Positions 1-13,750 of a DNA stretch of 64,000 bases are shown here, piece after piece. The stretch is from Octopus vulgaris (lineage: Eukaryota): NCBI GenBank assembly GCA_951406725.2, contig OX597814.1, positions 79,608,001 through 79,672,000 on the forward strand, in the 5' to 3' direction. Each line of letters begins with the position of its first letter. The first letter of the stretch is position 1. The notes under the pieces were generated by a model. That model had not been told where the DNA came from. It saw nothing but the letters and a program-made list of their open reading frames with translations, and did no database searches. The position numbers and the translations under genes are program-made.

Positions 1-171
1 TTTCTTTTGAGCAACAGGATGAAAGCTTCTTTACCAATTGGACCCAAGCACTACAACATCGATGACAGAAGAGTGTGGACCGCAAGGGGCACTATGTTGC
101 AAAATAAACCTCATCTGGTCACATCCCATAAGTGTATCTTGATCAGCCTATGAACTTTTCAGCACCCACGT
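1..171 (+). mobile_element. mariner transposon 3' end (decayed transposase C-terminus plus right TIR region)
   Basis: Translates FFEQQDESFFTNWTQALQHR*QKSVDRKGHYVAK*, matching the mariner C-terminal pattern FF..QD..FY..GI..L..RW.KCV...G.YV; ends ...TATGAACTTTTCAGCACCCACG before (TG)n. Confidence 0.65.
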
Positions 172-199
172 GTGTGTGTGTGTGTGTGTGTGTTGAGAC

Positions 200-720
200 T
201 TACTGGAATGTGTTCTGAAAAGACTTGCTGCTAAACAAATAGCGACAACAACAACAGATGTGTGATTTGCTTATGTTGTTGAGAGTGAAGGCTGGTTGTA
301 TTTGGTAGTGTGTTATGTTGCTGGAAGTCAATTTTGGTGGGTGTTACTTTAAGTCTGATGTTGTGGTAAGAGGTTTTTATGCGATCTGAAAAGAGGGTGA
401 GTTGTGCTGTTTTCTGCTTCTGCTGAAATTTTAAAGTTTGTAAGGTGGGAAGATTATGTAAGCATAGGTTAAAAAAAGATTGGTTAGAAAGATGGATCCC
501 TGTGTTATTCCATTCTAGAAATTGCAGGTTCTGGAAAATGCTATTATTTTACAGCTCAGTAGGTTGTCACACTAATAGTTTTTGTGTGTGTGTGCATTAA
601 GTTAGTGTTGAGTATTCTTGTGTAGTGAATAAGAGGAGATAGAGATGAAATCGAATGTTCTATATGGGTGGTTTTTTTTTCTTCTATTTACTTTAATAGT
701 ATTCATGTATAAGTTAGTGG
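200..720 (-). mobile_element. highly decayed non-LTR retrotransposon RT fragment
   Basis: Minus strand near 480-520 reads GITQGSIFL, an RT G.PQGS-like motif; many stops. Confidence 0.3.
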
Positions 721-2628
721 CTGCTATTGTTGTTCAGATTCTGGTCAGCCCTGATCTACAGACTTATGATCAAACGAGCATTTAGTCTTATTGTGCATCT
801 AGTATTACATTGCTCATTGTATCCTTCCATTTTAAGACGGTAAGGTGTGATTTGACGGAGTTATTGCTGATATTTCTATCAGCGTAGTTAACAAGTTTCG
901 TTTACAACTACATGACTTTAGCACATCAGTTGTCTTCAACCATAGCTCCGGTGGAAAAACTTCAAGCTATCCCTATTTCCAGTAATCTGAAATCGATTTT
1001 ATATTACTCCCAGATGTAACCTGACTTGATATCATATTACTGCCGGAATGTTCACATTACTCTCTCCTTCATTTAGCTAAAATGATAAATTCATAAATTC
1101 GTATGATTACAACTCATGATACTTTTATTGCATAAAGTGCATAAAATATATTAGACTGAAAGCTAGTCTAAAAATCCGATAAAATGAGAAATAAAAACTG
1201 TCACAGTGTGAATTGCATTAAAACCACTCATACATTAGTTCAAATTGCATGACATGTTACATACAAACATAAGATATATCCATAAAGATATACAAATTAT
1301 TATATTTTGCAAGAAACATCTGAAAGCACATGCAGGCATGAGGAAGAGGGAGAATGATCCATTTACTAACATTATTTATGCGTTAATCGATTAAAAGAGG
1401 GAATAGTATGAATTATTCTGAGGGTTAGATAAAATGCTTTGTGGAGTTTAATTATGTTCTGGGTTCAAATCCTGTCGAGGTCAATTTCGCCCTTCGTCTT
1501 TTTACTCCAGTAAAATAACTAGAAAAAGAGAAACAGCAGACAATACCAGAACCGACGGCAAATTCTGGAGACTACCATCCAAAACACTGCTGGTTGCTCT
1601 ACTGACTACAGCTCAATCATCAGTTGAAGGACACGCTTAACTTTCAGGCCGAAAAGTTGACGACTAGCGGCCCCTCCCCTGGCTAAAACCATTAGTGGTA
1701 CTCTAGGGATGGAAGATGGCAGGAGTTAGGACTAAAGAGAGAAAGAGGTAAAAGGCTTCCCGAAAGAAAAAAAAAACTCTGTCCAAAATAATAGTGAGTA
1801 GAAAGCGTAAGGGAATGCTTTTGGGCGGTTGCACGAAACACCAATGCTCTCTTATGAAACTAATGGAAGACATTCAAGTAAAACGATGAAGATCGCTTGC
1901 TTACTGGAGAGGCAAAAATAATTGCGGCAAAATGGAATATGAAATAGAAATAAAGACTATCGGGGAAGACCACATTAGTTAACTATGATAACTTAAACCT
2001 AATGTATTCTAAGGATATGAGATTCCCCCGGTGCATTAAGTTTCCGTACGAGCAGAGATAGATGGGCAGAGAGAAGGCAAGCAAAATGTGTGAGAGGGAT
2101 CTGCATAGTTCTTCGCAAAACAGATTTTATACAAGTACAACGCAAACTAACGGAAGAGAGTGAGAGTGAGAGAGAGAGAGAGGGGGAGAGAGAGAGAGCT
2201 GACAATTGAGGCTTGAGAAAATGGACTATGGGCTTGTGCAACAATCTAAAGATAGATTGCTTGTGAAATCCTATATAAAAGTCCGACAGAAGGAATGTTA
2301 CTCTTTTTAAATAGGATAGTTAATACGTCACCCGCTTTAATACCACTACCTGGAATTTTGTACTTTTAGCGAAGTTTTGGTATCTCCTATAGCTTCCTCC
2401 TTTACCTCTTATCTTGTCACCAGACTCGGAGGTTCTGAAAATGTTCAAATCTTATAGACACTCTATCGTTGTTACATGAATCGGCGAATAGTAGGAATGT
2501 TTCTAATTTTGTTGATGATGTTGTGTGACTTAGTTTATTGCTTTGGGTGGGAGGGTACATGATTGTTTTGGTGGTGCAGTACATTTTAAATACTTTACTG
2601 TATGAGTTTTAATAACAGTAGTACTAAT

Positions 2629-2945
2629 GGTGAAGGCACGTGACTTAGTGGTACTCGGCTCATGATCATAAAATCCTGAGTTCGATTCATATCGGCGCAT
2701 TGTGACCTTGGGCAAGACACTTCATTTCACGTTGCACCGGTCCACTCAGCTGGTAGAAATTAGTAGCACCTGTAACTCAAGCAGTCAACCTTGTCACACT
2801 ATGTTTCCTACTACATCTCCCTGAGATCCACATTAAGGACACGCGTGTCTGTAGAGTGCTCAGCCACTTGCACGTCAATTCCACGAGCAGGCTATTCCGA
2901 TGAGTGGTCCAACTGGAACTGTTGTCGTAACTGACTAGTGTTCCA
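2629..2945 (+). mobile_element. tRNA-derived SINE family B
   Basis: A/B-box head (GACTTAGTGG...GAGTTCGATTC) and CORE-like TGTGACCTTGGGCAAGACAC; homologous copies at 21285, 25188 and 26112. Confidence 0.8.
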
Positions 2946-3375
2946 GCACCAGTGTTAATGTTTGAGGTAGGTTTGATGAGGTTAGCAGGGTTAATAGTAC
3001 TGCTCATTTTGGGGTTCATAGTGGTAATTATAGTGATGGAACAAAGTTTACTGATTAATGCATATAACGTGTTACTGATGCATGAGCAGATCGGAATACA
3101 GATGGTTGCAAAAGCAAAGCTAATGAGATGTTATATAGTTTAAACCTTACAAGTGGCTGCATAAGCAGGTTTACTAATGGTTGTGTTCGCTGGCTTACCA
3201 AATGGTTAGGAAAGAGCTGCGTAAGTTATAGTGGATGATTTACCGACATGTATAGAATCCCCAAATTATAGGCTAGTTGTGACATTTCAGCTCATTTTCG
3301 ATCCATTAAAATCTGGTCAATTCGGTGTTGTAATAGTTAAAGCAGTTGTAGCCACAGCTGTTACTGTTGATGCTG

Positions 3376-4115
<740 letters not shown>

Positions 4116-4544
4116 GTTAGTCTTAGTAGTGGGAATATTACTCTTAATGATGGAAGTGATGCTTCTACAAAATGTGTCGTTGACGTTAGCAATGTAGATC
4201 GTGGTAATCGTAGGGGTAGCGATACAGTTAAGAAATGTAACGATGAAGGCGACTCATAGAAGTGATAGTAGTTTTCGTACTCATGGGATATATTAGCAGT
4301 AATTCTTTTTGATTATTGTTGTTATTGCTGTTGCCAATACTGCTGCAGCTGTTGTTGTTGTCGTCGTCACCGTCGTCGTCGACACCGTTGTCGTTCTTGT
4401 GCAGCGATGCCTATCACTCTACCATTTCCCATTTGGTTCCATATTTTGATTGCTTCTTTTATGGATGATGATCACTCTTTATAAAATTGATAGGTCACCA
4501 CTACGCTGCTTCAGTTTGTTTTATATAAATACCAGCCTGTACAG

Positions 4545-4770
4545 TTGTTGTTGTTGTTGTAGCTGTTTAGCCCCAGGCTAGATCTAATTGAGCTGACCTA
4601 CGATCAAAAGGCATTCCATCTCTAACCATTCTGTGTGTTTTCCAATGTGCAGAGAGCATAAGATCTCGTTGAGCAATGCTTTTCCCTAAGACAATAGTGT
4701 CGTTAGTGTGAGTTTGACTGCTACTTCTAGCTGCTCCAGCGACCACATGGAGTCTGCTTCATTGCTCTGC
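4545..4770 (-). mobile_element. SINE/LINE-tail repeat family D with (CAA)n tail
   Basis: TTTAGCCCCAGG...GACCTACGATCAAA; degenerate copies near 730-900, 6880-7100, 27470-27760, 32620-32690 and 42310-42480. Confidence 0.6.
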
Positions 4771-5044
4771 GGCAGCTTCCGACGGTCAGTTTTGGTTTCT
4801 GCCGTCTTGCATGCACGGTATTTGTCAGGTCTCTTCTACTAATTCAATTGACTATCTTATTCGAAAGAACCAACGAAGCTGATATCAGGCGATGAAGGCT
4901 ATAAAATTGGAGTCAAACACCGGCTTTTAATTGCCCTTCGGGGCTTTGGAAGCTTTTGCACACGAAAGGGCTTAGTGAAGCGCATCTAATAAGAATAAAG
5001 GGGGAAAATAAATAAAATAAAATAAAAGCTATAGAGATAAAAGT

Positions 5045-5660
5045 GTTAGTTCAAAATTTTGACAGCAATTTTGAGGGAGTGGGTAAGTCAATTACATCGG
5101 CCTCAGAGTTCAACTGATACTTATTTTATCGACCCCGAAAGAATGCAAGGTAAATTCGACATCGGCGGAGTTTCAACTCAGAACGTAAGAACAGACGAAA
5201 TACTGTTAAGCATTTTGCCCGGTTTGTTAACGATTCTGTTAGCACGCCACCTTAGACATAAAGAAGATATTGGTCTCAAATTTAGGCACAAGGCCAGTAA
5301 TTTGAGGGTGAGGAAGTAAGTCGTTTACATCGACCCCAGTGTTCAAATGTTACTTATTTTATTGACCCCGAAAGGATGAAAGGTGTTAGTAGAATTATTT
5401 GTCGCGGTATTGTTGGTAGTTGTGGTACAACTAGTTCTGATGGTAGAAATAATTATTGCTAATTTAAATACAAGGCTAGTAATTTTGAAGAGAAAGGGTA
5501 AGTCCGTTAAATAAACCTGCAGAAATAGGCTCGTGCGTTATTTTATCGACATTAAAGCAAAATTAACCATGGAAGGAATTGAACTCAAAACATAAGAGCC
5601 AGAACAAATACCGCAAGTTATTTTGTCCGACGCTCTACCGATTTTCCCAGTCCACCACCT
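5045..5660 (-). mobile_element. three tandem degenerate copies of SINE family C
   Basis: Repeated TTTTATCGACCCCGAAAGGATGAAAGG, the reverse complement of the 47801-48033 element. Confidence 0.7.
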
Positions 5661-5944
5661 TTGAGGCGGTAGATGTGATGTTAGCTGTAAAAACATTGTG
5701 GAAGGTAGACATAAAGTTGTATCATCAATTCTGCTTGTTGTTATTTGTGATGACGGTGGCGATGGACTTCTGTCGCTCGCTGAATTAAAATACCTACTCA
5801 TTGAATTATAGTGTAATTGAGTATTGCCGAGACACATGTACCTTTAACGTAATTTTCAGACTCAATCAGAGAGACACAGCGTGGCTCAAGGTGTGCCAAG
5901 GCTGGACTTTTGAATTACCGGTACGATCCATTCTATAAAACTTC

Positions 5945-6352
5945 TACAGTTTCCGTCTACCCCGGTGGTTCTTAACCGTTTCTTTTTCTTACCCTTGGAC
6001 CCCTCTGATTCCGATTTTACTCTACTGGATCTGCATACCCATTTAGTGTATATATATATATAAAAAAACCATCCGATTGTATTCTTATAATTAAATATTA
6101 TTTGGACTTGTATAAAAATGTATTCTAGAAGTATAAGCAATCTATTGCACGTAAATTTTAACAACAAAATCTCATAAAGACCCCCAAGGGCCATATGGAC
6201 CCTTGTTGAGAACCATTCGTCTACCAAATTTCAATCACAAATCTTTGATTGACCGGAGGATAGGGTGAAGAACTATTAGTCAAGATGCCGCACAATGGGA
6301 TCAAACTTAGCTCATTGTGATTGTGAAGTGAACTCTTAGCCATACGGCCATA
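5945..6352 (-). mobile_element. SINE family A 5' part, interrupted by a hAT MITE
   Basis: CAGTTTCCGTCTAC|...|GTCTACCAAATTTCAATCAC continues as the family A head. Confidence 0.65.
5963..6218. mobile_element. hAT-type MITE
   Basis: TIRs CGGTGGTTCTTAAC / GTTGAGAACCATTC; 8-bp TSD GTCTACCC (5955-5962) / GTCTACCA (6219-6226). Confidence 0.8.
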
Positions 6353-6619
6353 TTGTGTCCAGATGAGGTAACGCTGATGTTGAAGTAGAGCTTAGTTGCG
6401 GTAGAAGTTCTATTGCCATGAAGGCTGTTGGGTGTGGTATTGGTGGTGGTGATGGGGCGGTGGTATTGTTTCGGTAGTGTTAGTTGTTGTACAGGTAGTT
6501 GTAGTGGTAGTTGTACAAGTAGCAGTGCTAGTAAGTGACCGAATCAATATGGATGGTAGGTGAAGTGGTAGTTGTAGTAGTGATAGTGTTGCTAGTCGGT
6601 TATGTTGCTACGGTAGCAG

Positions 6620-6790
6620 CGATAGTATAGTGGTGGTGTTGGCGGTGGTAGTGGTGGTGTGGACGTGGTGGTGATGGTGGTGGTGGTGGTAGGAGGAGGA
6701 GGAGGGATAGAAGAAGAAGAAGAAGAAGAAGAAGAAGAAGAAGAAGAAGAAGAAGAAGAAGAAGAAGAAGAAGAAGAAGAAGAAGAAAAA
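6620..6790. repeat. (GGT)n/(GGA)n/(GAA)n microsatellites
   Basis: Direct reading. Confidence 0.95.
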
Positions 6791-7610
6791 CTGATGTACT
6801 GGCTAAATGTAAAGTGGTATTGCCATCTATGCTAATGGCTGTGGTATATGTTGTAGTATAATTGATGTGGGATCATGTTTGTTTTCAGCTTCAGATCAGT
6901 TCTGATTGATTAAGTAGACAGACTTATCAAATACATATATATTCCAACAATGACCTCTTCGTCTTATTCAGATAATAGTTTGCATAAGATTACTTTCGCC
7001 AATGTATATCAATCCCTCTTTCGGATTTTAATTTTTTGTTTTTTCTTTACAGCAGAATGAGATTTGAGGAAGATTTTCCTGCTACGTTTAGCTGGTGGAG
7101 CGACCACATATTGGCCTCTCTGTTTTCGCTGGTAATAGAAATGTCGAGGATAGACATATTGGTAATGATAACTGGAGAGTTGGAATAATCTTGATAGTAA
7201 AGGGATGTAGTGGTTGTGGAGAAGGAGGAGATGGCGGTGCTGTTGTTGTTGTTAATGGTGGTGGTAGTGGTAGTGATGGTGATGTTGGTGGCGGCGGCGG
7301 TTGCGATATTTGCGGTAATGTTAGTAGTTTTAGTATAAGCAGTAATTTAAGTGGCGATAGAAAACGCAGAGAGACTGAGGGAGGGAGAGGGAGAGAGGGG
7401 GAGAGGGAGAGAGAGTCAGAGAGAGAGAGAGAGAAAGAAAGAAAGGAAGAGAGTGAGAGCAAGAGAAATGGACAGACGAACAGAGAGAGTGGGGAAACGA
7501 GGGCGAGAAATTTATATATATGTTTATATTTGCCTATGTTTGTACACACGCACGCACACACACATATATATATATATATGTATATACACATGTGTATGTA
7601 TGTATGAATG

Positions 7611-7657
<47 letters not shown>

Positions 7658-8430
7658 ATGTATATATATGTAATGGTGATTGTTGGGTTGTTGTTAATGA
7701 TAGTATTGATGCATGTGGTCTTGATGATAACAGTGATGGTGCTAGTAGTGACAGTGGTGCTGGTGATTGTGGTGGAGGTGGTGGTAGATGGATGGTTGTT
7801 GTGTTCGACGAGAGAGCTGGTCATGCGAATCTAATAAGAATAAATAAGAAAATTAAAAAATACAGATGTAAAGAGGGAGAGAGAGAGAGAGATAAGGTGT
7901 GGGGGGGGGGGAGAAGGAAGAGAGAGAGAGAAAGAGAGAGATAGGGAAGGATGAGGAGGAGCGAAGGGGAGGAGGAGAAAGCTGGGAATTGTGAGGAAAA
8001 GGAAAAAGTTTGCGAATGAAGGTTAATGTATTCACGATGGAGCGAGGTTTTCTTCCCTTATTCTCCCCTCATCCTCCTGTCTCTTCTGGTTACTTTTCTA
8101 TCTCTATCCTTCCCTCTTTAATCAGACCAGATGACCACCGCCAGCCATAGCATTATCAAATATTATGGACTAATCTAACGTATACACTATACCATTGCCA
8201 AAAGATAATCCATTCGACGCTATCAGTAACGCAAAGCAAAAATAAATAAATAAATAAAATATTTCTAAAAAAATGAAAAATACATAAAAATACGATTTTA
8301 TATTAGTGGGGAAAATTTGACCTTTCAGTACCCTCCTTTGCACAACAAACCGGCATCTAATATCGAAATCGTATCGCTGAAGTTTATCGAAATTGTTATC
8401 TCGTGCCTTTGGACCGACACCAACGTATTT

Positions 8431-8461
<31 letters not shown>

Positions 8462-8804
8462 TTCATAATTTAGTGTGGTTGGTAATTTGTTCAAGTTCCC
8501 TGCATTCAAAATAACAATTTATAGTTTTTTCCTTATCGTTTTGTATAGTATGGTAAAAAAAAAATAATAAACGAAGGAAAATTGTATCTGACATTGATTT
8601 TGATCTCATGCTGAGGCAGATATTCACAAACCGTTGCATACGCACAGACACGCATTCGCACATACATGCATACATTATAAGATGCCTATATATCGTTATG
8701 TTTATAGGTATTGTTGCTTATTTTACAGAGTATTTTAGTAATGGTACGACAATCTAAATTGTACTATTCTATATTTCTGAGATGAGTAAGGCATAACGTA
8801 GTTG

Positions 8805-8940
8805 ATAATGCAGTGGTTAATGCACTGCAGAGATCCTGAGTTCAATTCCAGGCAAGGCACTTGGTGAATCACAAGACACCTGAATAAGGCTGGAGTGAAT
8901 ACAGCTGAAACTTAGTGAAAAAAACAGTCAAGATGAGGAC
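8805..8940 (+). ncRNA. Pol III (tRNA-like) head followed by a degenerate minimal hammerhead motif
   Basis: A box TGCAGTGGTTAA and B box GAGTTCAATTCC, then CAC-CTGAATA-A-GGCTG-GAGTGAATA-CAGCT-GAAA-CTTA-GTG at 8877-8917. Confidence 0.5.
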
Positions 8941-9182
8941 TCCACTTTAACTAATGCAAACACTGTACATAACATCTAAACTGTATTTTGAAAATATTGT
9001 TTTTATGTGAAACACCGAAAATGTGCTTGAGTATTTTAAAAGTCACAATGCAGCTCTGCATATCCGTTGTCCAACGTTATTTAAATTCCAATGATAATGC
9101 TCTTTTTCTTAGAGACCAGCATACATTTTTTTATAGGATTAATATGAAAAGTAAACATACGCAGAGTAAACATACATACAGA

Positions 9183-9853
9183 CAGGCGCAGGTGTGGCTG
9201 TGGGGCAAGAAGTTTGCTTCCCACCCACATGGTCCCGGGTTCAGTCCCATTGCATGACACCTTGGGGCCAGTGTCTTCTACTATGGCCTCAGACCGACCA
9301 GGGCTTTGTGAGTGGACTTGGTAGAGCGAAACTGAAGAAGCCAGTCATATATAAAGTTTAGTTTTAACCTCCCCAGTCTATAAACACCAAGTAACTACTT
9401 AACTCACTTTATGATCGTGAGTGTACCAAACCACACGTGTGCGGATGCTTGTATGAGCGCGTGTACATGCGCCATGCAGCTTGTGCGAGGGCGTTCATAC
9501 ATCCATACCTGTTGACGGGTATTTTTAATACTTTTCTCGCTGTATTGCGTGTTCGCTTTTTTCTTGCATCTGTGATTTTATTTTTGATCTTCTATATAAA
9601 TGAAGATATTTCCTTTGTTTTGCTGCTTTTCTTTCTACGAAATGAGGAGATACATTGCGAAACTCTTATTTTAACGAGTTGTATCTCTTTAGCCCCTGAT
9701 GAAACACATCTGCATCGCCGAATGCTCCTGAACCAGTTGTTAAATGTCCCATCCGTGTGGGATCGATGCTAGATATGTCGAAACAATTGTCGTGATTGAT
9801 CATAAATTCTTGTATATCCTATCTTTTGTCTTTCATTAACCATATATGTGTAT

Positions 9854-9885
<32 letters not shown>

Positions 9886-9914
9886 GTATGTATGTGTATA
9901 TATATATATGTATG

Positions 9915-9975
<61 letters not shown>

Positions 9976-10170
9976 CATACATGTGTGTGTTTGTGTCTTT
10001 GGGTCTGTGTTTGTCCCTCAGTACTGTTTGACAACCGGTGTTGGTGAGTTTACGTTCCCCCAACTACTTGACTTAAAAATGTGTTGGAGTCGAGTCATTA
10101 GACTAAAACTTCTTCAAGGTGTTGCCCCAGCATGGCCGTAGTCTAATGACTGAAACAAGTAAAAGATAAG
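9183..10170 (+). mobile_element. SINE family A split at its internal microsatellite by a ~490-bp HHR-bearing insert
   Basis: Head at 9183-9350 (GGCGCAGGTGTGGCTGTG...GGTTCAGTCCC); tail at 9985-10170 ending CCCCAGCATGGCCGTAGTCTAATGACTGAAACAAG. Confidence 0.75.
9690..9797 (+). ncRNA. type I hammerhead motif with extended stem II (stem I decayed)
   Basis: CTGATGA (9696) - ACACATCTGCATCG...CGATGCTAGATATGT - GAAAC-AATT-GTC^GTGATT; homologous to the 16886-16989 motif. Confidence 0.65.
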
Positions 10171-10199
10171 ACATAGTGATTAACCACTCGGGTCAATCA

Positions 10200-10290
10200 A
10201 TCATGCCCTCTCTACACCAGGTCAGAGGACCGGGTGTAAAGAGGGTATGTCATTGATGAGGTCACGAATGGTGACGAAACGACTTTGAAA
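10200..10290 (+). ncRNA. hairpin plus degenerate hammerhead-like motif
   Basis: Hairpin TGCCCTCT..TACACC..GGTC/GACC..GGTGTA..AGAGGGTA, then TCA-TTGATGA-G-GTCAC-GAATG-GTGAC-GAAAC-GACTT-TGA. Confidence 0.4.
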
Positions 10291-10926
10291 ACGCAGCTAA
10301 TTGAGCAGTCAACTAGTTAAATGGTAATCAATTGACTAAATAATATCAAAAGAAATGAAACAGTGCGTGTGTCTGCTATTAACATAATGACCATCTTGAG
10401 ATACAACAAAGTCTGTTTCAACACACAAATTCACAGCAAGAAATTTGCAAACCAAACACAAAAACGAAGTAGATAAATTAGAAGTAGGTGCAAGATTTAT
10501 CTATTTTTAAAGCATTTACTTCTTATTCGTGTTGACAATTCAGAAGAACAAAGTCGGATCCAACGTTTCCCATTATTGCTTGTCCCAGTTTTAATTACGC
10601 CAGTTTTTTTTTTCTACTCATACTGTTCATTGCTGGGAGGCTTAACATTAAAAAGGTACAAAGAATATAAGATTGCGTGACAAACTCGGCTTTTTTACAG
10701 TATTAGTGAAATTAATTCAAATGAAATGATTACATCTGCAAATTGAAACCAAGTTATGTATTATGTGTAGTGAAGGGTAGAGCCTGCTCTAATCTAGCGA
10801 AATGCAAACATACACGCTAACAAAGCAGGCTCTAGACAGTCGTTTTATCTGACAGAAATAGCAGCTTAGTCACACCTAGATCATGTGAAAACAGAAAAGA
10901 TTCATTGAACTAGGTATATATATATG

Positions 10927-10974
<48 letters not shown>

Positions 10975-11029
10975 ATATATATGTATATATATATATATAT
11001 ATATGAGCGCGCGTGTGCGTGTGTGTATG

Positions 11030-11620
11030 TGGGCATGACTGGCTCTGTGGTAAAACACTTGCTTCTCAACCACATGGCTCCGGCTGCAGTCCCATTGCAT
11101 GGAACTTTGGGCAAGTGCCTTCCGCTATACCCTAACCCTAACCCTAACCCCACGTATATAAAAAAGTTAAAATTTTACGGAAAGTGACGATCTTCTTCTT
11201 CAAATGTAAACAAATACACGTACCGCCGGAAGTTGTTGTTAAACTTGTTGCAAACAACAACAGTAATTGTATTCACCTCAATAGACGTCATTGATTGGTT
11301 GAAATTGCCGAAATACAAGAAATTAAACAAGAAATAGCTTACAAACTACAAAATTTTCTCAAGAACGTCAAGAGAAAAATATGTTTTATGTCACACATTC
11401 TACCAGTATAGGAAATTTAAATGTGTTTAGTTACAATGAAATTATTTTAAAAATCTGCCGGTCAAAGTGAAAAGATCCGAAACCAATAGTATAAGTACCA
11501 GTCCTAGCGGAAAAAGATAACAGAATGTACGCGGATCAATTTATTCTACGAAACACTACAGGTTTGTGCCCCAGTATGGCCGCAGTCTAATGACTGAAAC
11601 GAGTAAAAGATGAAAAAATA
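11030..11620 (+). mobile_element. SINE family A interrupted by a ~350-bp insert starting with (CCCTAA)3
   Basis: Head at 11030-11130 and tail at 11479-11620; insert bounded by a telomere-type repeat and ...GAAAAGATCC. Confidence 0.65.
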
Positions 11621-13329
11621 TCAAGATTTCATTTATTCAGGGTGAACAAGGCTTTCTTTCTCTTCTGTCTCTCTCTTTCTTCCCTCTCTCCTTTTTCTCT
11701 CCTCTTCCTCCTCTCTCCCCTCTCTCTCTCTCCCGTTAACCTGACCAAATAGCCGCTATTATTGACCATTACGAAACGAAATCAGATACTTTTAGTGAAC
11801 TTTCTGCTAGACTAAGGTAGATTAGAAAAACCCATTACATTGTTTCACACTTTAAATAAATCTTTCAATGGATAGAGAAACTTCATTGGTTCACTGAAAT
11901 AATGTGATGGAGGTTCATTTATTTCGCAAGAATTACAAAGCTATAGGTATAAGCTATATTAGAACCAATATTTTGTGTCTTAATGGTCTGCACAAAGATA
12001 ATGAATATTTCTGCCTTGTGTAAAGAGCTTTAATCGTATAAGAAATCCTTAGAAGTACCGAACCATCTAGTCAATGTCCTGACGTTTTTGTAAATTAAGT
12101 AAATAATTAATAGATTAATTATGCTATTAGTTAACTAACAGCAAACTTAATTGCGAATTCAATGCATTAACTGCAAAATTTACTTGCTTATACAGATTTG
12201 CAAATAATTTTATCCCATAGAATAATAATAATTACATTAACTTTATATATACTAATATACTTTTAAACGCATAACACTTGTATAGTTTACAGCACAAAGA
12301 AGCAATTAATTTAGTTTCGATTGTATCATTATGAAGTCTAAGAGTAAAGTATTCCTTATGAAGGATAAGGGTGGTATGAAATCAAGCTTCCTTCAATCTT
12401 TCGTTTTGGGCACCGCTACTCTCTTGTTTCTTTCCAGCCAGCCGTGCCGACGTCTACTTTATACTCGATACAAATCTCTTCTTCCCTTTTTAAGGTTGTG
12501 ATTTCATGAAGATTAGACTTTAGACTATTATTTCTATCAGATTATGGAACTGCATTGAGGACTCTTCTTTAGGTTCTTACATATTGTTGCGTTTCTAACG
12601 CTCTAATTTGAAAACCTCCGATACTTTCTCAAGTTTGGTGATAAACTATATATAAGTCTATGCACACACACACACACACGCGTATATATATGTATGTATA
12701 TTTGTGTATATAAATATATACAGACATACACACGTTTGTAGGTATGTATGTATGTATGTATGTCATTATTCAAGATTTCTAGTCAATAGAGAAAGTGTTG
12801 GTTTCTAACCTAGATCCAAGGCTCTTTCATTGGAATTTCAACAACAGTAATTTTGTATGCATGCATGTACGTATGTATATATGTATGTATGCATGTATAT
12901 ATATATGCAGATGTGTATGTTTTGTTTTTTGTATTCTCATGCATATAATTGCATATATGCTTAAATGATAAACTTCTAGAAAGTTTTACTGATACTTACA
13001 GTTCCAGTGATGGCGTTAATCTGTAGTCTTCGAATCAGCTTTCTCCTTTCTGGCTTTGAGATGACTAATTTCTCAAGATTGGTACTTAAGCAGTGTGTTA
13101 CATATCCCAGTGCCCCAATAATTACAGGTGTAAACCTGATGTATGTATGTATGTATGTATGTATGTATGTATGTATGTATGTATGTATGTATGTATGTAT
13201 GTATCTATCTATCTATCTATCTATCTATGTATCTATCTATCTATCTATCTATCTTTCTATATATCTATCTATCTATATTATTATTATGGCCCAGTTCCAA
13301 TTCGCAACAAAGTCAACCCGCCACACTTT

Positions 13330-13750
13330 TCGGTCCAACATTACTGTCTCGAGTTCCTTTTGATTTGGAAGAACTTCAAAGTGCCAAGAATAGACTGAAG
13401 GAGGGAAAAGCTGCTGGCCATGATGAAGTTCCCCCTAAAGTTATCAAAAGGTGCAATGCTGGATTTTGTAAATAGGCACTTGCAGAACCAGGAAATCCAG
13501 ATCAGTGGTTCGAGATTGACTTGATAGCAATCTCAAAGACAGGAAACCTCAGCAATGAAACTAACTGCCGAGGAAACACATTGTCCAATATCTCACTAAA
13601 AGTCATCAACCGAATGATCTTCAACAGGATTCTTCCGGTGCTTGATAGCCATCTGAGACGAAATCCAAATGAATTTAGACTTGCGAGATCCACAGCATTT
13701 CATATCTCAGCTTTGAGACGTATCATAGGAGTTAAATCAAGACAGCTCTC
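13330..13750 (+). mobile_element. RTE-like LINE RT N-terminal fragment
   Basis: LKEGKAAGHDEVP...PDQW...KTGNLS...NCRG..L.NISLKVINRMIFNRI...LRRNPNEFR.ARST. Confidence 0.8.

Noticed and set aside
1510-2476. Possible LTR fragment (TATA-like motif, ends TGTTACA)
   Set aside because: No second LTR, PBS, TSD or coding remnant could be confirmed
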